64,000 nt of DNA. It comes from Acidimicrobiales bacterium. GTDB taxonomy: Bacteria; Actinomycetota; Acidimicrobiia; Acidimicrobiales; VFJN01. The translations under genes were made by a program, and so were the position numbers. The notes under the pieces were generated by a model. That model saw only the letters and a list, made by a program, of their open reading frames with translations. It had not been told where the DNA came from and did not search any database. The stretch spans positions 21,510 to 85,509 of the forward strand of contig DATHJB010000033.1 in assembly GCA_035316325.1 (NCBI GenBank), written 5' to 3'. The first letter of the stretch is position 1; each line of letters opens with the position of its first letter. Below are positions 47,932-58,312 of the stretch, piece after piece.

Positions 47932-47980
47932 CCAACCCCCTTGGAACTCGACCCCTGGCCGGCGTGGCAGGATCGCGCCC

Positions 47981-48549
47981 ATGGGTCGCCTGATCGTGAG
48001 CAACGCCGTGTCCGTCAACGGTGCCTTCGAGGCGCCCGAGCGGGAGCCCGACGGGTGGCTCGTCCTCGACCCGGACAGCCAGGCTGCCTCCCTCGACATG
48101 TGGGAGGCGGCCGACGCGATGGTGATGGGTCGCAAGACCTACGAAGGGCTGGCCGCCGTCTGGCCGCAGCTGGCCGACGTCCCCGGCCTGGAGGCTTTCG
48201 CCGCCCGGATGAACGGCATGCCGAAGTACGTCGCGTCCCGGAAGTTGACCGCACCGCTGGAGTGGAACGCCACGCTCCTCGAAGGCGACCTCGCGGCCGG
48301 CATGTCCTCCCTGAAGGAGAGCCATGCCGGCGACCTGGTCGTCACCGGGTGCGGCGAGCTGGCCCGCGGCCTGCTCGACCTCGGCCTGGTCGACGAGCTG
48401 TGGTTCTGGGTCAGCCCGGCCGTCTGGCCCACCGGTCCCCGGATCCTCGACGACATCGGCCCGCTCCGCCTGCAGCTCCTGGCGGCGGAGACGTTCGACT
48501 CGGGCGTCGTCCGCCTCGCGTACGGCGTGAGCCCGAGCCCCGACCCGAG

Positions 48550-48553
<4 letters not shown>
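47981..48553 (+). CDS. Dihydrofolate reductase-like (RibD C-terminal domain) family protein
   Basis: [14 protein letters not shown]...MGRKTYE...KYVASR...[11 protein letters not shown] fits the RibD_C/DHFR-like pattern. Confidence 0.8.
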
Positions 48554-50706
<2,153 letters not shown>

Positions 50707-50737
50707 GCGCGAGAGCCTAAGCAGGGACCTCTAACAT

Positions 50738-51481
50738 GTGCGATTCATGGGACAGATCGAACCTTGCCTCTCCGTCGTCGTGCCCTGTTACAACGAGGAG
50801 GCGACGGTCGCAGCATTGATCGACCGCGTGCTCGCCTCGCAGTGGACGGCGGAGGTGGTGGTGGTCGACGACGGGTCGACCGATGGCAGCCGCAAGGTGC
50901 TCGAGGACCTGGTGGGCACCTCCGGCTACGAGCGCGTGCGGGTCTTCGACCAGGGCCACAACCAGGGGAAGGGTGCCGCGCTGCGACGGGGGTTCGCCGA
51001 GGCGACCGCACCGTTCGTGATCGTGCAGGACGCCGACCTCGAGTACGACCCGGCCGAGTACGGCTCGCTGGTGAAGCCGCTGCTCGACGACCAGGCCGAC
51101 GTCGTCTACGGCTCGCGGTTCCACTCCAGCCACCCGCACCGCGTCCTGTACTTCTGGCACTACCTCGGCAACAAGTTCCTGACCCTGCTGTCGAACATGT
51201 TCACCAACCTGAACCTCACCGACATGGAGACCTGTTACAAGGTCTTCCGGCGCGAGGTGATCCAGTCGATCGAGATCGAAGAGGACCGCTTCGGCTTCGA
51301 GCCGGAGGTCACCGCAAAGATCGCCCGGGGGAACTGGCGGGTGTACGAGCTCGGGATCGGCTACGCCGGACGTACCTACGACGACGGCAAGAAGATCGGC
51401 TGGCGCGACGGCGTGCGGGCCGTGGTGTGCATCGTGAAGTACTCGTCGGTGGGCGACAAGGTGCGGCGTTTCACCAGCTAG
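50738..51481 (+). CDS. GT2 glycosyltransferase (soluble DPM1/Ppm1-like)
   Basis: LSVVVPCYNEE, VVDDGSTDGS, QDADLEYDP. The start is GTG 50738 or ATG 50747. Confidence 0.85.
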   Translation: MRFMGQIEPCLSVVVPCYNEEATVAALIDRVLASQWTAEVVVVDDGSTDGSRKVLEDLVGTSGYERVRVFDQGHNQGKGAALRRGFAEATAPFVIVQDADLEYDPAEYGSLVKPLLDDQADVVYGSRFHSSHPHRVLYFWHYLGNKFLTLLSNMFTNLNLTDMETCYKVFRREVIQSIEIEEDRFGFEPEVTAKIARGNWRVYELGIGYAGRTYDDGKKIGWRDGVRAVVCIVKYSSVGDKVRRFTS

Positions 51482-51673
51482 ACGGCATCGTCGCCACCTG
51501 AGGCGCCGAATTTCGCGCTGATCTGGGCCCGCTCGGGCAGCACATCCACGAATCGGCCTGACGGTGTAACTACTATCGGCGCTCCGGTGGGCACCCGAAT
51601 TCTGCGACGAAAGTTCCTCATGCGCGTAATTTCCCGTGTCCGCCGCCGGCTTTCCCTGAATCGCCGCCGTTCG

Positions 51674-52555
51674 ATGACGCCCGGAGAGGCTCTATCAACG
51701 GTTGTCGACCCCGTGCCTTCGCCTGCCGATCTCGCCGGTGAACGCAAGATCCTCAGCGAGGCGCAGCTCGCCGACTGGGCCGAGAACGGCTACCTCGTGC
51801 TGCCCCGCTTCATGCCGCACGGCCGGCTCCGCGAGCTGAACGGGCAGCTCGACGCCCTGTGGCGCGAGCGCAAGAAGAACGACCACGGCCTGGTGATCGA
51901 CGTCTTCACCGGCACGCACCGGGAACGTCGCATCCCGCTCGCGAAGGCCACCGACCGGGCCCGGGCCAAGCCCTACCGTCTCAACGACCTCTACCTCGAC
52001 TCCCCGCTGGTGCGCGAGACGCTGCTCGACCCCGAGCTGGTCGAGGTGCTCGACGACCTGCTCGAAGGCGCCCCCATCCTGGCCGACTCGGTGAGCATGG
52101 AGCGGGGCAGCCAGCAGCGCCTCCACGTCGACACCTTCTACGCCGCGCCGCCCGAGCCCGGCCGCATGGTCGGCGCGATGGTGCTGCTGGAGGACACGTC
52201 GCCGGGCTCCGGGCCGTTCCGCTTCTACCCGGGCAGCCACGCCGTCGAGCCCTTCCGCTTCTCCGACGGCCGCCTCGACGTGAACGACGACGAGCTGGGC
52301 GCCTTCGACGACTACGTCGCCGAGGAGCTGGCGGAGCGCGAGCTGGCGCCGGTCGACTTCGAGGGCAACGCGGGGGATGTCGTCGTGTGGCACCCGCAGC
52401 TGCTCAACGCCGGGGCGCCGATCGCCGACATGGAGCTCACCCAGAAGACGATCCTCGCCCACTACTGGCGGGCCAAGGACGTCGACCCGAACGAGCGCGG
52501 CGACATCGGCGGCGACCGCTACTACCTGGAGCGCGATCACAAGCCCGTCGGCTGA
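51674..52555 (+). CDS. Phytanoyl-CoA dioxygenase (PhyH) family Fe(II)/2-oxoglutarate oxygenase
   Basis: LSEAQLADWAENGYLVLPRF and QQRLHVDTFY (HxD) are present. ATG 51674 is preferred because codons upstream have low GC3. Confidence 0.78.
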   Translation: MTPGEALSTVVDPVPSPADLAGERKILSEAQLADWAENGYLVLPRFMPHGRLRELNGQLDALWRERKKNDHGLVIDVFTGTHRERRIPLAKATDRARAKPYRLNDLYLDSPLVRETLLDPELVEVLDDLLEGAPILADSVSMERGSQQRLHVDTFYAAPPEPGRMVGAMVLLEDTSPGSGPFRFYPGSHAVEPFRFSDGRLDVNDDELGAFDDYVAEELAERELAPVDFEGNAGDVVVWHPQLLNAGAPIADMELTQKTILAHYWRAKDVDPNERGDIGGDRYYLERDHKPVG

Positions 52556-52589
52556 CCCGGCCTCGACCTGGGGCTCTGTAGTCCCACCG

Positions 52590-52615
52590 ACCACCCCGCC
52601 GCCGCCCCAAGCGGT
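52590..52615 (+). repeat. 26-nt exact repeat ACCACCCCGCCGCCGCCCCAAGCGGT, copy A (upstream of the lpdA-like gene)
   Basis: Identical 26-mer at 61625..61650. Followed by the hairpin CTCGGC-TGTC-GCCGAG. Confidence 0.85.
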
Positions 52616-52648
52616 CTCGGCTGTCGCCGAGGCAACTAGCCTCAATCC

Positions 52649-54010
52649 ATGGCCGTGCGCTTCGTGATCGTGGGCGGGGGGCCCGCAGGTAACACCGCTG
52701 CAACCGTCGCCGCCCGCATGGGCGCGGACGTCACGCTGATCGAGCGCGACGTCGTCGGTGGCGCCGCGCACCTGTGGGACTGCATCCCCTCCAAGGCGAT
52801 GATCGCCACGGCCGGAGCGATGGGCTTCATCGACCGCAGCCGCGGCATGGGGCTGGCCGACACGTCGGTCAGCCTCGACGTCGACGCCCTGAAGTCTCGC
52901 ATCGGCGGGATCGAGGCCCGGCTCGAGTCGAACGTGGTGCAGCTGCTGTCGAGCCAGGGCGTGCGCATGGTGAAGGGGACGGGCTCGCTGCTCGACCCCC
53001 ACCACGTGGCCGTCACCACCGCCGAGGGCACGCAGACGATCGAGGCCGACGCCATCCTGGTGTCGACCGGCAGCCGCCCCCGCATCCCCGAGTGGGCCGA
53101 CGTCGACGGCGAACGGGTGCTCACCACCCGCCACGCCTACCCGCCGGCCGAGTTGCCGGCGCACCTGGTGGTCATCGGCTCGGGCGTCACCGGCGTGGAG
53201 TTCGTCCACATGTTCTCGTCGCTGGGCAGCCGGGTGACGCTCATCGTCAGCCGCCAGCAGGTGCTCCCCCAGAAGGACCCGGAGGTGGCCGCGGCGCTGG
53301 AGTCGGAGCTGCTCAACCGGGGTGTGCGCCTGTTCAAGGGCGCCCGGGCGCAGGCTCTCGACCGCACGGCCGAGGGGGTGGCGGTGCGCTGCGACGACGG
53401 CCGGGTGGCCTCCGGCAGCCATGCCCTGCTGGCCATCGGGTCGATCCCGAACAGCGACGGGCTCGGGCTCGACCTGGCGGGCGTGAAGGTCGACGACGGC
53501 GGCTACGTCACCATCGACCACCACTGCGTCACGTCGGTGCCCCACATCTACGCGGCCGGCGACCTGTCGGGGAAGCTGCCGCTGTCCTCGGTGGCGTCGA
53601 TGCAGGGCCGCAAGATCGCCGAGCGGGTGATGGGCCTGCAGACCCGGGGCCACCGCCACCTCGACTACGACAAGGCGGCCTCCGCCATCTTCACCGAGCC
53701 CGAGATCGCGGATGTCGGTATGGCCGAGGCCGACGCCTTCGCCGAGGGCCGCAAGATCCGGGTGACCAAGGTGCCGTTCTCGGCGTCGGCCAAGGCCCTG
53801 ATCAACGACGACCCCCGGGGCTTCGTGAAGATCCTGTCCGACCCGGCCACCGGCGTGGTGCTGGGCGGGTCGATCGTGGGGACCCAGGCGGCGGAGCTGA
53901 TCTCGATCATCGCGGTGGCGGTCACGAACGGCCTGCGGGTGACCGACATCGTCGACAGCCTCCTGGTGCACCCCTCGCTCTCCGAGGCCCTGGCCGAAGC
54001 CGCCGAGTGA
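52649..54010 (+). CDS. lpdA: LpdA-like flavoprotein (pyridine nucleotide-disulfide oxidoreductase family) lacking the first redox Cys; probable NAD(P)H-quinone reductase type
   Basis: VIVGGGPAG, then GGAAHLWDCIPSK instead of GGTCLNxGCIPSK. A second dinucleotide fold (VVIGSGVTGVE) and C-terminal HPSLSE are present. Confidence 0.88.
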   Translation: MAVRFVIVGGGPAGNTAATVAARMGADVTLIERDVVGGAAHLWDCIPSKAMIATAGAMGFIDRSRGMGLADTSVSLDVDALKSRIGGIEARLESNVVQLLSSQGVRMVKGTGSLLDPHHVAVTTAEGTQTIEADAILVSTGSRPRIPEWADVDGERVLTTRHAYPPAELPAHLVVIGSGVTGVEFVHMFSSLGSRVTLIVSRQQVLPQKDPEVAAALESELLNRGVRLFKGARAQALDRTAEGVAVRCDDGRVASGSHALLAIGSIPNSDGLGLDLAGVKVDDGGYVTIDHHCVTSVPHIYAAGDLSGKLPLSSVASMQGRKIAERVMGLQTRGHRHLDYDKAASAIFTEPEIADVGMAEADAFAEGRKIRVTKVPFSASAKALINDDPRGFVKILSDPATGVVLGGSIVGTQAAELISIIAVAVTNGLRVTDIVDSLLVHPSLSEALAEAAE

Positions 54011-54016
54011 GCCAGC

Positions 54017-54070
54017 CGGAAACTTCGACAGAACTGGTGGCCATGGCGCCGTCTCTGTCGAGATTTCGGG
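54017..54070. repeat. REP-like palindromic element, copy 4
   Basis: CCGGAAACTTCGACAGAACTGGTGGCCATGGCGCCGTCTCTGTCGAGATTTCGGG, immediately after the lpdA-like stop. Confidence 0.8.
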
Positions 54071-54098
54071 TGGAGGTGGTGGTGGCGGTGGTGGGGAC

Positions 54099-54623
54099 GT
54101 GATCGCGGGGGTCGTCGGCGCCGCCGCGCTGCTCCTGGTGATCGCCGGGGCGGGGAAGGTGGTCGACCCGACGCGCACGGTCGGGGCGCTGCGGGCGGTC
54201 GGGTGGCCGGCGTCGGGGCTGCTGGTGCGGGCCGGGGCGGTGGGGGAGACGCTGCTGGGCGCGGCGACGCTGACCTACGGCGGGCGGGTGCTGCCGTTGC
54301 TGGTGGCCGCCAGCTACCTGGGCTTCGCCCTGTTCGTGATGACGGCGCTGCGGGCGGGCACCCCGGTGGCGACCTGCGGCTGCCTCACCCGGGCCGACAC
54401 CCCGCCCAGCGTCACCCACGTCGTCGTGAACGGCCTGCTCGCCGCCGGTGCGGTCGCGGCGGGAGCGACCGACGCACCCGCCCTCCTGGACGCCTCCTGG
54501 CCGGCGTGGGTGGTCGCCGGGGCGCTCACGGCCTACGTCGTGCTGGCGTTCCTGGCCGCCGCGCCGGGTAGAACGCAACAGGATGAGCGACGAGCCGCTG
54601 GCGGAGTACCGCCGCAAGCGTGA
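54099..54623 (+). CDS. MauE/DoxX-like small membrane protein
   Basis: Four TM segments and a TCGCL motif (family consensus CGCFG). The 3' end overlaps the next gene by 41 nt. Confidence 0.62.
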   Translation: MIAGVVGAAALLLVIAGAGKVVDPTRTVGALRAVGWPASGLLVRAGAVGETLLGAATLTYGGRVLPLLVAASYLGFALFVMTALRAGTPVATCGCLTRADTPPSVTHVVVNGLLAAGAVAAGATDAPALLDASWPAWVVAGALTAYVVLAFLAAAPGRTQQDERRAAGGVPPQA

Positions 54624-55638
54624 CTTCACGGCGACGCCGGAGCCGGAAGGAGCCGTGCCCACGCCGGACCCGGCGACCGGCGAGCCCCGCCGCTTCACCG
54701 TCCACCAGCACGACGCCACCCGCCTCCACTGGGACCTCCGCCTGGAGAACGACGGGGTCCTGTGGTCGTTCGCCATCCCCCGGGGCATCCCCTGGGACCC
54801 GGGCCGCAACGGCCTGGCGGTCCACACCGAGGACCACCCGATGGAGTACCTCGGCTTCGAGGGCGACATACCGTCGGGCACGTACGGCGCCGGCCACATG
54901 TTCGTCTGGGACTCCGGCACCTACGACCTGCTGGAGCACGAGGACCGCAAGCTGATGATCGACCTCCACGGCGAACGGGTGCGGGGCCGCTACGCCCTGT
55001 TCCAGACCCGGGGCGACCGCGACTGGATGATCCACCGCATGGACCCCCAGCCCGACCCCGACTGGCGCTGGCCGCCGGAGGTCGTCGCCCCGATGCGGGC
55101 CGAGCCGGGCGAGCCCGTCGCCGGCGACGAGTGGGCCTGGGAGGTGCGGCTGTCCGGTCTGCGGGTGATGACGACGCTGCTGGCGGGCGCGGTGCGGATG
55201 CACGACGCCGGGGGCAACGACGTGGGCGACCGGTTCGTCGACGTGCGGCGGATCGGCCGGGCCACCGGGTCGGTGGAGGCGGTGCTCGACGGCGTGGTGG
55301 TCGGCGAGCCCGACCACCTGGCCCGCCGGTTCAAGGGGCGGCCCATGAGCGGTGAGCGGGCGTCGACCAGCGCGCCCGTGAAGCTCATGGTGTTCGACCT
55401 GGTGTGGCTCGACGGCTACCCCCGGTTCGAGGCCCCCTGGGAGGACCGCCGGGCCGACCTGGAGGCGCTGGAGCTCGACGGGCCGGCCTGGTCCACCGCC
55501 ACCGCCCACCGCGGCGACGGCCTGGCCCTGGTCGAGGCCGCGGGGCAGCACGGGGTCGCCGGCCTGGTCGGCAAGCGGCGCGACGCTCCCTACCGCCCCG
55601 GCCGGACGTCGCCCGACTGGATCGACGTCGCCCTCTGA
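54583..55638 (+). CDS. LigD 3'-phosphoesterase (PE) domain fused to a truncated, catalytically degenerate ATP-dependent ligase-like domain
   Basis: The PE domain looks intact: FTVHQHDATRLHWDLRLE, HTEDHPMEY. In the ligase-like part, motif I reads EVRLSGLR (expected E-K-DG-R), motif III LDGVVV (expected LDGE), and motif IV AGLVGKRRDAPYRPGR. The ORF stops before any OB-fold domain. Confidence 0.8.
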   Translation: MSDEPLAEYRRKRDFTATPEPEGAVPTPDPATGEPRRFTVHQHDATRLHWDLRLENDGVLWSFAIPRGIPWDPGRNGLAVHTEDHPMEYLGFEGDIPSGTYGAGHMFVWDSGTYDLLEHEDRKLMIDLHGERVRGRYALFQTRGDRDWMIHRMDPQPDPDWRWPPEVVAPMRAEPGEPVAGDEWAWEVRLSGLRVMTTLLAGAVRMHDAGGNDVGDRFVDVRRIGRATGSVEAVLDGVVVGEPDHLARRFKGRPMSGERASTSAPVKLMVFDLVWLDGYPRFEAPWEDRRADLEALELDGPAWSTATAHRGDGLALVEAAGQHGVAGLVGKRRDAPYRPGRTSPDWIDVAL

Positions 55639-55655
55639 GGCTCAGTGAGGCTCAG
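55636..55655. repeat. Tandem 10-bp duplication TGAGGCTCAG x2 supplying the stop codons of both convergent genes
   Basis: Read directly from the sequence. TGA at 55636 ends the plus-strand gene, and tca at 55652-55654 is the stop of the minus-strand gene. Confidence 0.7.
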
Positions 55656-57436
55656 GTGATGACGACGACGACGTCGCCCGAGCCGACCGACTGGCCCGGC
55701 TCGACCTTGATGTCCTTCACGGTGCCGTCCCGGTCGGCGGAGATGTTGTTCTCCATCTTCATCGCCTCCAGCACGCACACGGTCTGGCCCGCTTCGACCG
55801 TGTCGCCCTCGGCCACCAGGACCTTCACGATCGTGCCCTGCATCGGGACGGTCACCTCGCCGCTGCCGGCACTGCCGCCCGCGCCCGACGCGGCCCGCCT
55901 GGCCCGAGGCGCCGCGGCCCGCCCGGCGGCCACACCCGCGGCGACGACCGCGCCCACCTGCGACTCCGGCACCCACACGCTCACGGCGAAGCGGCGCCCG
56001 TTGACCTCCACGTCGACGTCACGGCGCACCTTGGGCTCGGCGACGGTGTCGGCGTCGTCGGTCGACGGGGTGGCGGCCGCTCCACCCACCCCCGTGAGGT
56101 CGAGGCGCTCCTCCACCCACTTGGTGGAGTGCTCGCCGGCCACGAAGTCGTCGTGGCGCAGGACCGCCAGGTCGGCCGGGATCGTGGTGGCGATGCCGTC
56201 CACCTGGAACTCCTCCAGGGCCCGGATGGTGCGGGCGATCGCCGTCGGCCGGTCGGCGCCCCACACGACCAGCTTGCCGACGAGGTTGTCGTAGTACTGG
56301 CTGACCTCGTCGCCGGCCTCGTAGCCGCCGTCCCAACGCACCCCGAAGCCCTGCGGCACCTGCAGCTTGCCGATGGCGCCGGGCGACGGCAGGAACCTCC
56401 CGCCGGCCGGGTCCTCGGCGTTGATGCGCACCTCGATGGCGTGGCCGCGGCGCACGATGTCGTCCTGGGTGAAGCTCAGCGGCTCGCCCGACGCCACCCG
56501 GATCTGCTCGGCGACCAGGTCGAGGCCGGTCACCAGCTCGGTCACCGGGTGCTCCACCTGCAGGCGGGTGTTCATCTCCAGGAAGAAGAAGTCGCCCTCC
56601 TGGTAGAGGAACTCGACGGTGCCGGCGTTGACGTAGCCGCACGCCTTGGTCACCTTCACCGCGGCCTCGCCCATCGCCTGGCGGGTCTCGTCGGGGAAGA
56701 GGGGCGCGGGGCTCTCCTCGATCAGCTTCTGGTGGCGGCGCTGCACGGAGCAGTCGCGCTCGCCCACCCACACCGCGTTGCCGTGGGTGTCGGCGAACAC
56801 CTGCATCTCCACGTGGCGGGGCCAGGTGAGGTAGCGCTCGACGTAGCACTCGCTGCGCCCGAAGCCCTTCAGCGCCTCCGACTGTGCCGAGTCGAGCGCC
56901 TCGGCGGCGTCCTCCGGAGCCCGGACGACCCGCATGCCCCGGCCACCGCCGCCGTAGGCCGCCTTGATGGCCACCGGCCAGCCGTGCTGCTCCCCGAAGG
57001 CGACGACCTCGTCGGAGGACGTGAGGAACTGGGTGGTGCCGGGCACGCCGTCGACACCCGCCTCCTGGGCGGCGATGCGCGACGACACCTTGTCGCCCAT
57101 GACCTCGATGGCCTCGGGCGGAGGGCCGATGAACGTGACGCCGCGGGCGGTGATGGCCCGGGCGAAGTCGGTGTTCTCGCTGAAGAAGCCGTAGCCCGGA
57201 TGGACGCCGTCGGCCCCGCTGCGCTCGATGATCTCGAGGATCTTGTCGGTGTTGAGGTAGCTCTCCGCCGCCGCCTGGCCGCCGAGCGCGTAGGCCTCGT
57301 CGGCGAGTCGGACGTGCAGGCTGTCCCGGTCGAGGTCCGAGTAGACGGCCACCGATGTGATGCCGAGCTCACGGCAGGCACGGGCGACCCGGACGGCGAT
57401 CTCGCCCCGGTTGGCGATCAGGATCTTGGAGAGCAC
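55652..57436 (-). CDS. Acetyl/propionyl-CoA carboxylase alpha subunit (biotin carboxylase + BCCP domains)
   Basis: KILIANRGEIAVR, ATP-grasp motifs and a C-terminal biotinylation motif LEAMKMEN. GTG start at 57436. Confidence 0.95.
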   Translation of the reverse strand: MLSKILIANRGEIAVRVARACRELGITSVAVYSDLDRDSLHVRLADEAYALGGQAAAESYLNTDKILEIIERSGADGVHPGYGFFSENTDFARAITARGVTFIGPPPEAIEVMGDKVSSRIAAQEAGVDGVPGTTQFLTSSDEVVAFGEQHGWPVAIKAAYGGGGRGMRVVRAPEDAAEALDSAQSEALKGFGRSECYVERYLTWPRHVEMQVFADTHGNAVWVGERDCSVQRRHQKLIEESPAPLFPDETRQAMGEAAVKVTKACGYVNAGTVEFLYQEGDFFFLEMNTRLQVEHPVTELVTGLDLVAEQIRVASGEPLSFTQDDIVRRGHAIEVRINAEDPAGGRFLPSPGAIGKLQVPQGFGVRWDGGYEAGDEVSQYYDNLVGKLVVWGADRPTAIARTIRALEEFQVDGIATTIPADLAVLRHDDFVAGEHSTKWVEERLDLTGVGGAAATPSTDDADTVAEPKVRRDVDVEVNGRRFAVSVWVPESQVGAVVAAGVAAGRAAAPRARRAASGAGGSAGSGEVTVPMQGTIVKVLVAEGDTVEAGQTVCVLEAMKMENNISADRDGTVKDIKVEPGQSVGSGDVVVVIT

Positions 57437-57441
57437 CCCAT

Positions 57442-58311
57442 ATGTTTACGGGGGTGCCCGGCGACCGTGCCAGTAACCAGGCGGAGCTTGCGACTTCCTT
57501 GCTGGCCGAGACCCGGTTCCACCGGCTCCGCTGGGTGGCGGAGACCGGCTCCACGAACAGCGACGCGATGGCTTCGGCGCGTGACGGAGCCCCGGAGGGC
57601 GTCGTGGTGGTGGCCGACCACCAAGGGGCCGGGCGGGGACGCCTCGGCCGGACGTGGACCGCCCCGCCGGGCGCGTCGCTCCTGGTCTCGGTGCTGCTGC
57701 GGCCGCCGGCCGGGGTGGTCGGGGCGGTGGGGATGGCGGTCGGGCTGGCCATGGCGGAGGCCGTGTCGTCGCTCACGGTCGTGGTGCCGGGCCTCAAGTG
57801 GCCCAACGACCTCGTCGTCGCGGACCGTGGTGTCGACCGCAAACTTGGGGGGATCCTGGCCGAGGCCGATTGGCCGGCCGGGAGCACCGCTTCGTCGGGG
57901 TGGCGCGCGCCGCGCGACGACGAGCGGATGGTGGTCGTGGTGGGCGTGGGGGTGAACGTGAACTGGCCGGCGTCGCTGCCGGACGACCTCGCGGCGACGG
58001 CCACCGCCCTCAACCACCTCGTCGGCCACGACGTCGACCGGGTCGAGCTGCTGGTCGCCTTCCTGCGTCGCCTCGACGGTCACTACGGGGGGTTGGTCGC
58101 CGCGGGGTCGGCGTCGGGGGCCGGGCTGCTCGACGCCTGGCGCGCCCGATCGGCCACGTTGGGACGGCGGGTGCGGGTCGACCTGGGCAGCAGCGACGTG
58201 GAGGGCACGGCCGTCGACGTCACCCCCGAGGGCCACCTGGTGGTGGCGACCGACGAGGGCGACCGCCGGACGTTCGCCGCCGGCGACGTCGTCCACCTCC
58301 GCCCCACCTGA
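57442..58311 (+). CDS. birA: Biotin-[acetyl-CoA-carboxylase] ligase, class I (no HTH domain)
   Basis: VAETGSTNSD and HQGAGRGRLGRTWTAPPG (GRGRxGR motif). The start codon is uncertain: ATG 57442 or TTG 57499. Confidence 0.88.
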   Translation: MFTGVPGDRASNQAELATSLLAETRFHRLRWVAETGSTNSDAMASARDGAPEGVVVVADHQGAGRGRLGRTWTAPPGASLLVSVLLRPPAGVVGAVGMAVGLAMAEAVSSLTVVVPGLKWPNDLVVADRGVDRKLGGILAEADWPAGSTASSGWRAPRDDERMVVVVGVGVNVNWPASLPDDLAATATALNHLVGHDVDRVELLVAFLRRLDGHYGGLVAAGSASGAGLLDAWRARSATLGRRVRVDLGSSDVEGTAVDVTPEGHLVVATDEGDRRTFAAGDVVHLRPT

Positions 58312-58312
58312 G

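Noticed and set aside
50707-50737. The 31-bp gap between the divergent mutase and GT2 genes containing TAACAT as a shared promoter.
   Set aside because: The hexamer fits TANNNT, but spacing to either candidate start (GTG 50738 adjacent, ATG 50747 nine nt away) is not typical. I cannot support a call without TSS data.
51482-51673. The ~190-bp lower-GC region upstream of the PhyH-family gene as a small ORF (MRVISRVRRRLSLNRRRS extension, or minus-strand ORF 51478..51747) or a structured RNA.
   Set aside because: Codon third positions there are not GC-biased, unlike real genes in this window. The peptides are basic low-complexity strings. I see no convincing conserved hairpin. It is most likely a promoter or leader region.
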